Of a stretch of 64,000 nt of DNA, positions 25,958-39,510 are shown piece after piece. Below the pieces are notes generated by a model. It was not told the origin of the DNA and did no database searches. It saw only the letters and a program-made list of their open reading frames with translations. Made by a program: the position numbers and the translations under genes. This DNA is from the human T2T-CHM13v2.0 reference genome, Homo sapiens, in NCBI RefSeq assembly GCF_009914755.1, contig NC_060934.1. One strand, 5' to 3'. Position 1 is the first letter of the stretch. Every line of letters starts with the position of its first letter.

Positions 25958-26535
25958 CATGTGGGGAAGGTGTCCTGGAGAGGATACAACCTTCTGTGAT
26001 TTTCCTCTGCTAAGAATCAGCCCTGAAGGGTATAATTCAATTACCTCTTTTTTTAAAAAAATCTCAGATCTTGGCTTGGGTCTGAAGCATGAATCATGTG
26101 GAGTTTAATGCAGCTTTGGGTCAACCCTGATCAAGAAGACCCCAGGAAGAGTGTGGGAAAATTTAAATTTGGATACCCCAGAAATGGGATTATGTATCTA
26201 AGAATCCTATATAGCATGTCTTGTCGTATGCCATTTGTGTCAGCTCAGAACTTCCACAGTTCTTTCACAAGCTCAGATCATATCTCTTGGAGCCACTTTG
26301 GTCCCTACACACCACAGATTCCATCTCTGGGCTAATATTTGACTAACTTCAAGATTATGTCAACACTGTCTATGCCTCATGCAAAAGCCTCATGGAAGCA
26401 ATTAATCTAACAACAGTGCAAACAAGACGACTATAATCACCCAGGTGATCATGAAAAAGAACATGAGGGAAATAAAAATGAGATAGACAGATTCTGGAAG
26501 CATGCTGTAGATATTATGTTTTTCAATAACAGATT

Positions 26536-26731
26536 TGGGGACTGTTGTGGGGTCGGGGGAGGGGCGAGGGATACCATTAGGAGATATACCTAATGCTAAA
26601 TGATGAGTTAATGGGTGCAGCACACCAGCATGGCACATGTATACATATGTAACTAACCTGCACAGTGTGCACATGTACCCTAAAACTTAAAGTATAATAA
26701 TAATAAAAAAATAAAATAAAATAAAATAAAA
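26536..26731 (+). mobile_element. Short 5'-truncated young L1 (L1PA3-like 3' UTR) with (AAAAT)n tail
   Basis: ggggactgttgtggggtcggggg...gctaaatgatgagttaatgggtgcagcacaccagcatggcacatgtatac...accctaaaacttaaagtataat. Confidence 0.92.
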
Positions 26732-28879
26732 TTGATGAACATGGGTGCTACATGATACAAGTATCAAAGGAATTTCAGACTTGAGTAATTCTGAAGCCCA
26801 CAAAATTAGCCACAGGATTTATCTTTTGTTCTTCATCTACTAGAGGAATGGATGTTACAAACCAATACAATGAAATTAAAAATAAAAATAAAAATAAATA
26901 AACAGATTTACACCAAAACTTTTAAAGAAATTTGTGATAGGAAATGGTTAAGAGGGTGGGGAGAGAGGGCAAAAGTTGGGTCTTCAGATCCTACAAGCAG
27001 AAAGGGGCTCTCTTTTAGGTCAGAGCTGATCTTTAGTTGTTTTGTAATGACATTTCATCTGACACTTCCTAGGCCAAATATTTAAGTAGACACCTCTAAA
27101 GAAGTTTAGCAATTTGATCCTCTCTGCTTGCTCATTTATATTATTTCTTTAAGTTACATTTATGCTCAGTATTCCTATGCTTCATAGGTATTTGACAAAA
27201 AAATTTAAAGAGTTATTTTTTCTTTCTTTGTTTTTTTCTTTTTCTCTAGCTTGCTAAAGAACAATCAGCCAGATCCAACTAGATGAGTCAACTATTTCCC
27301 AGGCATAACTCCTGGGGTCATATCAATTGCATTTGCGGCAGTGGTATAATAATTTACTATAAATGTCTTAAATTACAGCATTTGAACACGTGCCAGGAAA
27401 TAATACTTTTCCCCAAAGCAGATGAATCATGAACCTGAAATACATAATGCACCTCAAAGGCATTTAAAATTCTTCTAAGGAGTGACTTATTCAGATGATA
27501 GAATGTTGACCATTTGATTTGAGTGGTGACCTTCCAAAAGCAATGAATAGCATTTCAATGATTTTCAAATGTTATTATCAAAAATAAAGTACGATAGATA
27601 TATAAAATAGGTAAATATAGAAGCTTCTCTAGTAATGCCTCCCTTGGGAGGTAGGGAGCCTGGGAACCAACTTCAATAAGAATCTTGGCTTCTCTGCCCT
27701 TAGTTTTTGTAGAAGGGCCCTTCTCATATGTAGAATTTTGCCTCTCCAAAATAGCTCAGATATCTGTGAGGGAGTTTGGTTGAATTTGAGAGTCTGAGAG
27801 CAAGTGATATTAGATAAAGTTTATATAAAGGCTACAGTCAACATCACAGAACAACTCAGTTTATTTAGAACAGCCAGTTGAAATAAATCTAAGGATCGTA
27901 GCACCTAACCATCTGGAAGTCAGTTTTGAAAATATATATATATATATATATAATATATAAAATATGCTTTATGATTTTGTTTATGTGATTTAAGTAGATC
28001 TATGAGATAAGTAAAATAAAAATTAAAAATTCTATAGCTTTACTTTATATGTGTATAAACACACATGTATATGCATATATATTGTTGAGTCTACTAAACA
28101 GTGTGCTTCTAGATTTATTCATGCATTCAATAATATTTATTGAGAACTTACTATCTTCAAGACACTATTAGAGATTTAAAAAATAAATTAGATATAGCTG
28201 ATGGTGTAAAAGAGGCTTAAATGTGATTCATCTCAAAATCATCAGAATAAATAAGACAGAAAATTTTAATTACTGGTAGTAAGAAACAAAGATGATGAAA
28301 ACCTAAGCCAGGCTGCCATGAATTGAACAACAGAGAAAAACAGCCCTGGGTCTGATCAGTTTGACCTTCAGCAATGTCAGCTCACTTCTTTGGGATTCTG
28401 CTTCTTTATCTGAAAAATAAGGGAAATTTAACCATGTGATCTTCAGAGTCCCTTCTGGCTCCAATATTTAAAAAAAAAAACAACTATACTCCATAAGTAT
28501 GATTTAAACCAGAAGGTTCAAACCTCATTCTTCACTTGCGATAGCTTCGCTGATGAATAGGAATGTCAGCCAACATTCCATCTCCTTTCCCTTTCCTGCT
28601 CCAGTTTGATGGAGGTACCAGCTAGCAATAAAATAGCATTGAGGAGTTGGGACTCACAAAAAGAATTGTATCCAAAACCACAATACTGTGACTATGGAAT
28701 TATTGTTTCTTTACCCTAACATATTAAAAATAGCTGATGAAGAAAAACAATGAAAAGAAGACTGTAAACAAGTCGAATTTCAGAAAATACCTGGGAGACA
28801 AGTGTATAAATATTGTTTGAAATTTTTTTAAAAAATGAACATTCAAGTATTTCATTCAGAATTTTTTAAATGTGCAAAT

Positions 28880-29120
28880 TCAATTATAAAGCCATGGTGA
28901 TCACAAGATACAAGGTAAAGTTTTATTATTAATTTGAAATGTCTTGGTTTGAAAAAAGTTTGATAGTAAAATCAAGGTTAAATGAAATATCATGAAGCTG
29001 TGCAATAAGGTTAATAATGAGGTGCCTCAGGGATCAGTGCTAGCACAGGTGTTCAGTATATTTATTAATGACTTAGAAGAGTTCTGAATAATATGGAAGC
29101 ACATTTGGATGACTTCATAG
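28880..29120 (+). mobile_element. Ancient CR1/L3-clade LINE reverse-transcriptase fossil
   Basis: 29007-29081 reads KVNNEVPQGSVLAQVFSIFINDLEE, similar to the CR1 RT motif [23 protein letters not shown]. A degenerate FADD-like tttggatgac follows near 29104. Confidence 0.75.
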
Positions 29121-32100
29121 ATATTTATAGCAATCAAACGGGTAAATGACTGCTTTTCATGACCGATTCAAGAGCAATTATTTAACACATTACAGCAAAT
29201 AATCAACAAGAGCAAATTAATGTGAAGTGGGTGGAATTACCCAAGTTTTCTTAGCATGCTAATAGCTAACTGAAATAGTTATTGCCTTTCAGACAACAGT
29301 GGGCGCATCTAAGACATCTGTCCAGTAAACAGCACTTTAGGAAAAAAGCATAATCAATAAAGGTTGGAATAAAGAATAATGCAAAAGAATTATCTAAATC
29401 AATAATTATTGCTGAAAATTTCTACACACCAGAGACTTGCTCTACTGAATGGCACTGTTGGAAAAGAGTGTGGTTTCCCAAACCACATGCTAGGATTATC
29501 TGGTGTCTTAGCTGGTGATTTTCTAAGTAGTTTTCCATTATCATCCATTCCTCTCCGATATCCATTCACTGGCATTCCCAGATGCCTCTCAGGCAGGAAT
29601 AAAACTTACAAGGACATGCCCTTCTCACTTCTGCTTTGCTCTGTTCTAAAGGATTTCATTGATATTAACTTTTATGTTGAAGATCTCAAAGCTTTGGAAA
29701 AATTAAAAGTCATCCCTTTTCACAAGAAAGATGGCATAACACTATTCAATAATAGCATGAACTCTATTATATCCTCCCCTTATCCCAAAGTTAATTATTG
29801 TGCATAGAAAGAAAACTTAAATGTAGCATCATTTCAGTTATAATTCATTCATTCCAAAATATTTTCTGAGTGCCTATTTTATCTAAAGCACAGTAGTAAT
29901 AGAATAAAAATGATATTAATAAAAATATTTGGAGCCTGCCCTAAAAACTTAGAAAGCCATGTCTCCCCTCTCATGAACTAAGCATTTCTCAATCCTAGTC
30001 CATATAAACTACACATAAATGTCATCAATTATATCATAATTTGAAATATATGAAAATTAATAAGAATCAGAACTGTTTATGTAGAAATATATAATAACAT
30101 TTTTAACCAAAGCATCATTTTCCGCTGCCATTTATCTTTTGTACCAGAGAAAATATTATGAACCCTGAGGTAAATTTTCTCATATGAAATATAACTTAGA
30201 TACTTCCCCAAATTTTAGAGAAAAATACAATTTCTGGACTGTTTGGGACTAAGAAAGTAGGCCAATATAACTGGAGTAAAGCCAAATACTAATGAAAACA
30301 TCAATGTGTGTTCATATTAGCTCTACAAAATAACCAACCAGCAAATCCACTGACAGAATGAAGATATGTGTGAAGTACTGAGAGTGAGAATTTTTCTTTT
30401 TCTTTTTTTGGAAGATTTGGTAAAGCATCTCTATTCTCTATTTATGTCCACCTGCAAATTTCAGATGTAAACATCTAGAGTAATATACCATGATCACATA
30501 AGAATTCACAGACTTTCAGAATCTCAGTGTTAAAAGGAAACTCAGACGTTAACCATTGTTTGAGCTATACATCTTCTCTACATCACTGGACATACTACTA
30601 CCGGAGATAAAAAAAACATTCACACAAAAACTCATTAATTAAAGCCAAAGACTTGCAGCGAAAAGCAAATTTTCAGCAATTAAGTAAACAATGAACCTCT
30701 GTTAGAACCTCAAACATACTTACTAATGAGATTTACCAGAGGGTCTGGAATTATCTATTTAAAATATAAAATTACAACTTGGAGAACAATTCACTTATCA
30801 GAGGTGTGACAATTCTGTTAATTTTTCTTTCTAAATCTTTTAGTATCTATGGGTTTTTGTGCAGTGTGATTTAAATATAATTTTAGTAAGGGAAAACAAG
30901 TAGTGAATGAGAATTCATTAACAGGTGGTCAAATGCAAAGAGTCTATCAATCATGCTGGTATTTTTAAACATCAGCAAATTTAATTCCATCTCTGGGGGA
31001 GTAAACTCATTCTCTAAGGTATGTGACACATCGTATTTATTTTTAAAGGACATTTCAGAGTGTTCCTTGATTATGAAATACTGCAAGTATTTCCTGCCTT
31101 AGGTTTCCTAGGCAGACAAAAAGGCAGGCAGAATCCACCACTGCAAATCAGATAATTCTAAAATAACCAAATAGTGTTTCTAAAAATGAGAACATTTCCA
31201 TATCTTAGCTCTAGATAAAGAGATTTGTCATGGTAAAACCAACAAATCTGAATCAGACCTTAAACTATGAAATAGCACACAAGAGGGATGCAGAATTTTG
31301 TGCTGAATTACAAAGAGAAGTCAGATCTGCAAATCCACAATGACATAATAATTAAATAAATTTAATCAGCTTTTACTGAATTCCAGTTTTTAAATGTCAG
31401 GCAATTATTATGAAATGACTTTTTCTACTTGCATAATCCATTGTGTATTATATTTCTACCCTGAATCAAGTGAATGACTTGTTAGTTTGATCAAAAATTA
31501 TCACTTTATACTACGAGGGAAAGCAACCATCTTATCCAAACTACATGGCATTAGACTGTATAAGCTTCCTTTGGTGAAGCAAGATATATATATTGATTTT
31601 ATCATACACATAGACTCTTCAAGGTCAAATAGCAAGTTGAAGGGAGAAGAAGTATCCTGAATGACCATTAATGCTCTTCTATACCATGGCTTCAAAATCT
31701 TAAAATACTTTGCATTTCACAAGAAGTTATGTGGCATTTGAAAACCCTCTGAAATGAAAAGAAATTTCTGATCCCCAAATGGAGTAGTCAAGAAAATTGA
31801 GCACTTTCCAGAAAATAAAAGACTCAATATTTCAGGGCACCCTCCTGCATGACAAGGAGAGTTACAAAAGAGAAAAGCCAACAAAAACATCTCACCTACT
31901 GTATATATCTTGTTTATTGCCCATTTTCTTGATGAATATTATAGGAACATACAGACTGATAAGATTCCCTTACCGTACAAAGAAAAGTTATCCTGTTTTG
32001 TAATGCGTAAGTGTTTCCTAAACACAGAGACTGAATTTTGGTTGTTATTCTACTACGTGGAGAAAGAACTGATGTTGGTGAAGGTGAGTTGCAATATTGT

Positions 32101-32874
32101 ACCATTAACGTATAAATAAAGCATGCCCATTGCTGGTAGTTATCCCTTCCCAGGTTTCAAATAGGAACTGGGATTTTAAATATTTCAGAAATAATTTCTT
32201 CTAAGTCTCTATTGTCATTGTATCTCTTTCAATTTTACCACACCAATGATATTCACTGAGCAAGATTCCAAAACCTTTATAAAAGCATTCCCTTGAATAA
32301 CACCTTAAATCTTACTCTGTTCTAAATTTTTAAACTAATAATAGTTTATCTGAACTCTCCCAACTGGTCAATTCTGTCATAAAGCTACATAAAAACCATC
32401 TTCCGTATTGCAGATTATTTTTGACCAATCGATGGATGAAATTTTGGCTATTCTTGTTAACAGTGTCTCAGTGTAAGCATTGTTGTAGTTATCAGCTTTG
32501 TAAGAAGTTTATGGAAATGACAGAAGCTTTGGACATGTACTCACTGATAGACACCAGAATAAATCATGAACAAAACCAATTTGATAGAGAATCAAGGGAG
32601 TCAAACTGTAAATGGTAATGGCAGATTACCCAGTGCATGGGTGAGACAATGGCATCCAAAGAGATGGTTAGCCTCTATATACCTCCTCCATAGACCATGT
32701 AATCTGAAACTCCTAGCCGTTAGATTCATTCCTCTAAGATAATGGCTGCAAGATAAACTACTTTAGTTGAAAGTATCATGTTTGGAACACACTATTGAGT
32801 AGTATAGGATAACTTTCAGTGCCCCGCAGTGCTGGCCACAGTACACGTAAGTTCCAAAAAATCATTCACAACCT

Positions 32875-33255
32875 CAAGTGTTCAGAGGGTCAAGCAAGTA
32901 CTGGGCATGAAAAAATAAACAGGCAAGTGCTAATGTCAATTGACCAGCAGCCTCAATGTCTGCAAAACAATAGAGAGCAGTGTAAACTGAGGTAAGCCCT
33001 TGTCCCATCTAAAAGGGACAACTACCACTGATCTCCAGAGAACTGTTGCCAAACAGGGATATAGGTCCATATCTTCCAGGTTTTCTAGAGAGGTAAAAAA
33101 TCTGAATTTTTTATGTGAAATCTCTAATTTTCAAATGTTAGAAACTAATTTAATTGTGTAGCACGCTCTTAGCCAACATTATTCTGAGCAAAAAAAAAAA
33201 AAAAAAAAAAAAAAAAGCTGAGGGCCAGATTTGGCCAACTTGTTGGCAATTTCCT
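32875..33255 (+). mobile_element. MER102 (hAT-Charlie) with internal A27 run
   Basis: tgttgcca...gaattttttatgtgaaatctctaattttcaaatgtt...actaatt...gggccagatttggcc; A27 at 33190-33216. Confidence 0.65.
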
Positions 33256-35214
33256 AGAATGCCAGTCAAGGACGTGAAGAAGGGAGATTCAGTTGGGATG
33301 AGGATGAGTTCTAGACTGTCAATTAAGAGACCAGGTAAGGGCTATAGATAGCGTCTTTCCTAAGGGAAAGGATAAGCAAGCAGACTCTACATATGAAAAC
33401 CTAAATGCAGTAAGCCACTTGTTATGAATAGTACATTTTAAGAAAATGTACATTATTCATTTTTTTAAAAAAAGGTCTTTTTAATTATTTTATTTTCTAA
33501 CTTTGTCTTTACCCTTTGTCCAAAAAAAGATTTACAATAACATAACAAAGTCTTCAATAGAATAAAAGTAAAAATAAATTATGAAAGACCTAGAAGAAAT
33601 GATGTTAGTAATAGTAACCTAAAGTACACCAAATGCACGCTGAATACAGTCAAAAGAACAAAAATCTCATTAGCCATTAATTTATAAAATGGATTATTAT
33701 CTGCATGGGGCGGGGGAAGATGTGTCCATTTGCAAAGTCTATTTTCTTTTTTAAAACATACAATTTGGTCTGTGGTGTGGATGAATCTATCTTGTTCATA
33801 ACTAATACAGTAACAAATGCTGCATATCAAAACAAAGGAGCATTATTACTTATTTTGACTCTCTAGATTATTTGTTTCCAGATTTAAAAAGCATTAAGGG
33901 ATGTCTTTGTGAGCCAAAATAGAGGGCAGAACAGATCCCTTCCTACTTAGGATTTTAATACTCCCTTGCCTGAAAGGGAAAGATTTTTCAATAATAAGAA
34001 AAGGCAATGTGAGTTACAGGAGCATCGGTCTGATGAGGCCATATACAGGATATCTTACCATCAATATTCCTACCTAATGTGTCAGAATTGTACAGCTCTT
34101 TTTTAAAAAGCCACATTAATAAAAATAAGCACTTCTACCAAGACAAATTGATTGTTGTTTGTTGTTACTCTAAAGGAAAGGAAAAAAATAGGGCTGCAGC
34201 AGTATCAGCAGGTAGGTATTAGTGTATTCTAGTCTAATTTCAACCCCAAATCCATACTATTAAATACAATTTGGAAAGGCTCAGCTGTTAGAGGATCAGA
34301 GTATGTGCAGCCCATATGTAATGAAGAAACACTCCTGTAAATCAGTGAATGAGCACCATGCATTCTGATGAACCAAGTATAGAGGCTGAAATTTTAAGTA
34401 GGCAAAAAGCTTTCTCTCCTTACCCAGCATTCCTGAATAAAACTGATAAGCTACAGCCCTAGAGACCAGGTCTCTGCATTTAATTTGTTTAACAAATATT
34501 TATTGAGTATCTGCTTGATGTATGCTAGTCCTGGAAAAAAATTATTCCAATGAACGGCCAGTTAATTCATGCCAACTAAATAGTATCTATTCTATGTGCA
34601 TAGCTACAAAAATAGCAGAGTCAATTCACCACTGCAGCATAATACAATTACAATAACAGCTCTAGTTTATTAACACCATTATTTAATTTTATTTTGTCTT
34701 ATAACAAAAAACTTTTTACTTTAAATCATTAACAGCCACAACAAAATGCTGCCAGATATCTGAACGCATTTTCTTTAACCCATCTACACTACTAAACCTA
34801 AAATTGTACACAATAAAATTCCACCTTGAAGTAACAACCTTGGAGCATTGCAAAATGTTCAATTATAAAAGATAAAGTAAATTTTCATAGAATGGTGTAC
34901 TTACTGAGAAAGAAAAGCATCACACATACATCAAAAAGATCTTCAATGTCAAAGAAAGAAATCAAAAATTTTGGTCCTTGTAATCTTGAATTAATCAGAT
35001 AATGTAATGCATTAGAATGCTTTCTTCTTTCTACTCCAGTATTTCAACCAAGTAGGTTATACTGTTTCCAATACTACAAATATGCTATCTTAAGGGTACT
35101 AAACACAGCCCTGAGGACAAGGAGAGAAAAACTAGAATCTAGCATCAAATCTTCTGTCAATTACACATATACACATACACACACGTGTGGACATAAAGTG
35201 TAAACTTCAGACTA

Positions 35215-35345
35215 GCCTCACCTGAAAATTAGTTAGAAATCCAAATTCTGAGGCCCCAGCCCAGGAACTCTAAGGGTGGGGCCCAGAAATCTGTGTTTCT
35301 ACATAAAGGGGATTCTGATGCATGCTGAAAATAGAAAATCATTGC
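35215..35345 (+). mobile_element. MER5A
   Basis: gttagaaatccaaattctgaggcccc...gggtggggcccagaaatctgtgttt...gattctgatgcatgct. Confidence 0.8.
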
Positions 35346-35540
35346 TCCAAAAATAAGAAATGATACTATAAAATGTTCAGACCTCTCAATTCCAAAATTG
35401 ACATAATGTTTCAAATTTTAAAAATATGAAATGCTACTCAAGCTCATAGCTGTTACTTATACTTAATTATGATTAATGGGAGCCAGTCTTCTCGCTTCCT
35501 CTAGTTCTCTCTCTCCTCCTGCGTGTAGGGGTGTGTTAGC

Positions 35541-35541
<1 letters not shown>

Positions 35542-35586
<45 letters not shown>
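35542..35586. repeat. (GT)n microsatellite
   Basis: ~22 GT units. Confidence 0.95.
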
Positions 35587-35587
<1 letters not shown>

Positions 35588-37459
35588 TCTATAAATGACT
35601 GTGGAAGGTTCTATGTAAACACTCTTTACTCCCAATCATAAACAAATCTATATGGAAAAATATTACAAAAAATCAATTTCTAGATTACATTTGTCACATG
35701 GAGAATAACCAATTTCTAGTCACTTGTCATGGGTGCATAACCTATTACCAGAACTGATTCACGGTGAATTGACTAGCTATGTCAAAAGGAAGATCTGCAG
35801 TCTACAGAGAAATAATCCATTTAGTGTTCGAAATTTTACAGTAAAGGCTGCCAAAATAACAGAATTTATTACATATTTTTACAGGTATATTAAGCTATAA
35901 TAAATTCGTCATTCCTAAATCAAGATAATTCATTTATAGCCTATTCAAAACTTACTTAAATTAATCATGAAACATTAAATGCAAAATGTTTTTTTCTTCA
36001 CATAATGTCACAAAGTGACATGAACTAATTTGCCAACATGTTTTCACAGTATTGTTATTCTGACATATACTAACATACTAACCAAAGATTATCACCAATA
36101 ATGTTGGCATTCATGGCTAAAGGGGCAGTAATAATTTTATATCTACAAGGACTGAATTAGGCCTCTCAGACAGGAGGCTTGGGAAAAATCATTTTTCAAG
36201 TTAAGCCAGGTGAGTCTGTAATCAATGACCAGAGCTCTGCTGGAACTGCAGTGCCTCGAAGGAATCAAGTTAAGTTATGAGCTACAGAAGAAAATATTGA
36301 TTCTTGCTTTTACCTGTTTGTTTCACAAACTAGAATAGAAATAAATGTTACTAATTTTATGTTGTAAATATTTAATACGTTTTTTCAATAGTCACTATAG
36401 AATATGTAAGGAAACCAAAACAACCACAGTTGAAAGTCCTATGACATTAGCAAAGCTCAGGAACTTGGCATTTTCCCAGTGATGATGAATAAAATTAAAA
36501 TACTGATTTCAGTGACCTGAGTGTGACTGTCATTTGTCTAAAATATACTTATTATAATGTAGTAAGAATGCGCCCGGGAAAATACGTTATTCCCCCAAAT
36601 CTCATTTTTTAAAAAATTCATTTTATAAAAAAATGAATCATTAGCAACTGATGTTCTTTCCAAATATTTTAGTGTCCCTAAAGCCTAAAAGTGTATCCTA
36701 GAATAAATTTATACCATTCCTCAAACTTACATCTATGAATATTAAACATTTATTGCTTGACTATAAAACTTTTCTCCAGACTATGTCAGTATCTCCACTT
36801 ATAAAAAATTAGGGAAAGATTAACCAAATAGAACTGAAGAGAATAGAATCTACAGTGGGGTTGTACCGTAAACGCATATAACTTACACAACTTCAATTAT
36901 GTAAGTTGAGAAGAAAGCAATAATGCCAAAGATTGGTCTGCCAATTTGTATGGCCTGGACAGAGTGTGAAATGGGAAGTGTTAATCCACCATGCCCTCAT
37001 AAGCACAAGTAGCCCTGTTGAGGGTGATTATGATATTTAAAGGTATGTCTTGTCATATATCACAACCCTTGAAAAAAAGTCAAGTATTTCTGATGCTCAA
37101 CTAGAAAAAACTGGCTATTGAACTTACTGAGACATAGTATATTGATCCCCAATATGCCCTTTTTAAGAGTACTTTATGCTTGGTTTTTCACGTTCTGTTA
37201 ATTCTGGAATCTAACCTCTGAATACAGTGCAATGTTTTCCTGTGGATCAATCATATCATGAAATGCCTTTCACAGCAAAGAAAAACAAAAGTGTCTTTCA
37301 GCATAAAAGACATTGTGGAAAAGAGAAGAAATACTAATTTTATTATGTATCTTTCATGAGAGGTTTCAGGACAGCTTAAAATAGTAAGGAATCTCTGACA
37401 TAGCTTCAGAATGATAGACAAACAAGACAGATAAAATTATTTATAAGAATACAAAATTA

Positions 37460-37795
<336 letters not shown>

Positions 37796-39078
37796 TTATA
37801 ATTGTTACTCAGATTCCATCTCAAAGAAAATCTTCATGCCAGCACTTTCTTCAATATATCTCAGCCACAAGGCAAATATATGCTGACTAAACTCTACTTT
37901 CAAAGTGTGGTTGAGAGATAGGTGGTGGTTGAGAAACCTCCTAAAAAGATCCATATACATTGGGGTGAATTCATCTTTGTCCAAAAATGTAACCGTTGTA
38001 CCAAATGTAACCTAATGTAACAATGAGACACTCTGAGCCTTGCTGGATGGTTTAACTAGACAGGTGTTCTGGGAAGCCACATAATGACAACCAAGTAAAT
38101 GAGGAACCAAACTATGCACTGTTTGGGAGTTTTCAGATTTTGTTTTTGTTTTTTTCTTCTGTTAGGGAGCAGAACCCTCTCTAACAGAATTCTTCACTGA
38201 ATTCCATCAAACCTTTTAATACAGCTACAGCATATATTTTCTGCCTGACAACTCAAGTGAGTAAACACTAAACACTCATTTCTTTGTATTTCTTTATTTC
38301 CTCATGAAGAAATAATTATTTTCCCGCTTTATTTTGATGTATTTTGTACATTTGTATTTAGATTTTAACCCATGTAAATAAACATTTATGATACAACCCC
38401 ACTGTAGATTCTATCCTATCTAGTTCTATTTGGTTACTCTTTCCCTAATTTTTTATAAGTGGAGAGATACTGACATAGTCTGGAGAATTATTGACTTATT
38501 ATACACTTCATTTTTAAAGCTAATGAAAACAATAATAATTCAGTACATAAATAATAAAAGGAGTTCCAAAGTTTGTGCTTCATAGGAGAAAGACCATTCT
38601 CAAGCCCTACTAATCACCTTCACTTACATAAAATGAACATCATCATTCCAGGATTTAAGCTACATGTCCCAAGTCTTCTTTCCTTCTCTAGCACTGACCT
38701 CGCATTAAGATGATTGAGAGTGGAATATCCATTCTTTCCAGGAAAAGATGACCCTATAATCAGAGATGTGGTTTGATCTTCTGCAATGCCAGCAAAACAA
38801 TCAGACTTCATATCACTCCCCAACATCTGAGTCATAACATTGAGAATATAACAAAAATAACATTGTGTGGGAAGTACCGAGATTCCTGTCTAGGTACATC
38901 TGTACCAGGTACAGTCAAGCTCCTTTTCAGTCTCTCCTTAGGACCTAATCTCACCCTCACTCATTTTTTACATTATATCTGTAACAAGTAATAAACATTT
39001 CTTCTACACTCTGACTTAGAGTTATTATTCAAACTTGGTAGGAAAGAACTTGAGATTGTGATCAGAGACTTTATAATT

Positions 39079-39135
39079 CTGTGTGTGTGTCTGTGTGTGT
39101 GTGTGCATGTGCGTGCACATGTACATGCATGTGTA
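39079..39135. repeat. Imperfect (TG)/(CA) alternating purine-pyrimidine tract
   Basis: gtgtgtgtgtctgtgtgtgtgtgtgcatgtgcgtgcacatgtacatgcatgtgta. Confidence 0.8.
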
Positions 39136-39199
39136 TCAAAAAGAGCTTGGGTTTAATCGTTCACATTAATTACCCCACATCTTTACTACCCATGTTTTT

Positions 39200-39330
39200 C
39201 CTCACATGTCCTCAACTTAGCAAATGACACTAACCAATAGCTCAAGGTCAAAACTCTGGAGTCATTCTTGACTCCTCCTCTTCATCATCTCCTATATCTA
39301 ATTAATGTTCAAGTTTTATAAAATTCACAT
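39200..39330 (+). mobile_element. L2 relic
   Basis: aaactctggagtcattcttgactcctcctct is typical of L2. Confidence 0.55.
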
Positions 39331-39337
39331 TTAACCT

Positions 39338-39473
39338 TGTGATGGTTAATTTTATGTGTCAACTTGACTGGCCATAGGGTGCCCAGATACTCAGTCAAAT
39401 ATTATTCTGGGTGTTTCTGTGAAGACATTTTAGATAAGATTAACATTTAAAGTTATAGACTGAGTAAAGCAGA
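39338..39473 (+). mobile_element. MLT2 (ERVL) LTR terminal fragment
   Basis: tgtgatggttaattttatgtgtcaacttgactgg...gtgcccagata...attattctgggtgtttctgtga...gattaacattt...gactgagtaaagcaga. Confidence 0.85.
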
Positions 39474-39510
39474 CTCAGTTTATAATTTTAAATGTTAATC
39501 TTATCTAAAA
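39428..39510. repeat. 38-bp inverted repeat with 7-nt loop
   Basis: Arms 39428-39465 and 39473-39510; 36/38 Watson-Crick pairs. Confidence 0.92.

Noticed and set aside
29409-29807. 132-aa + strand ORF
   Set aside because: Non-ATG start, no recognisable domain, and composition typical of random AT-rich DNA.
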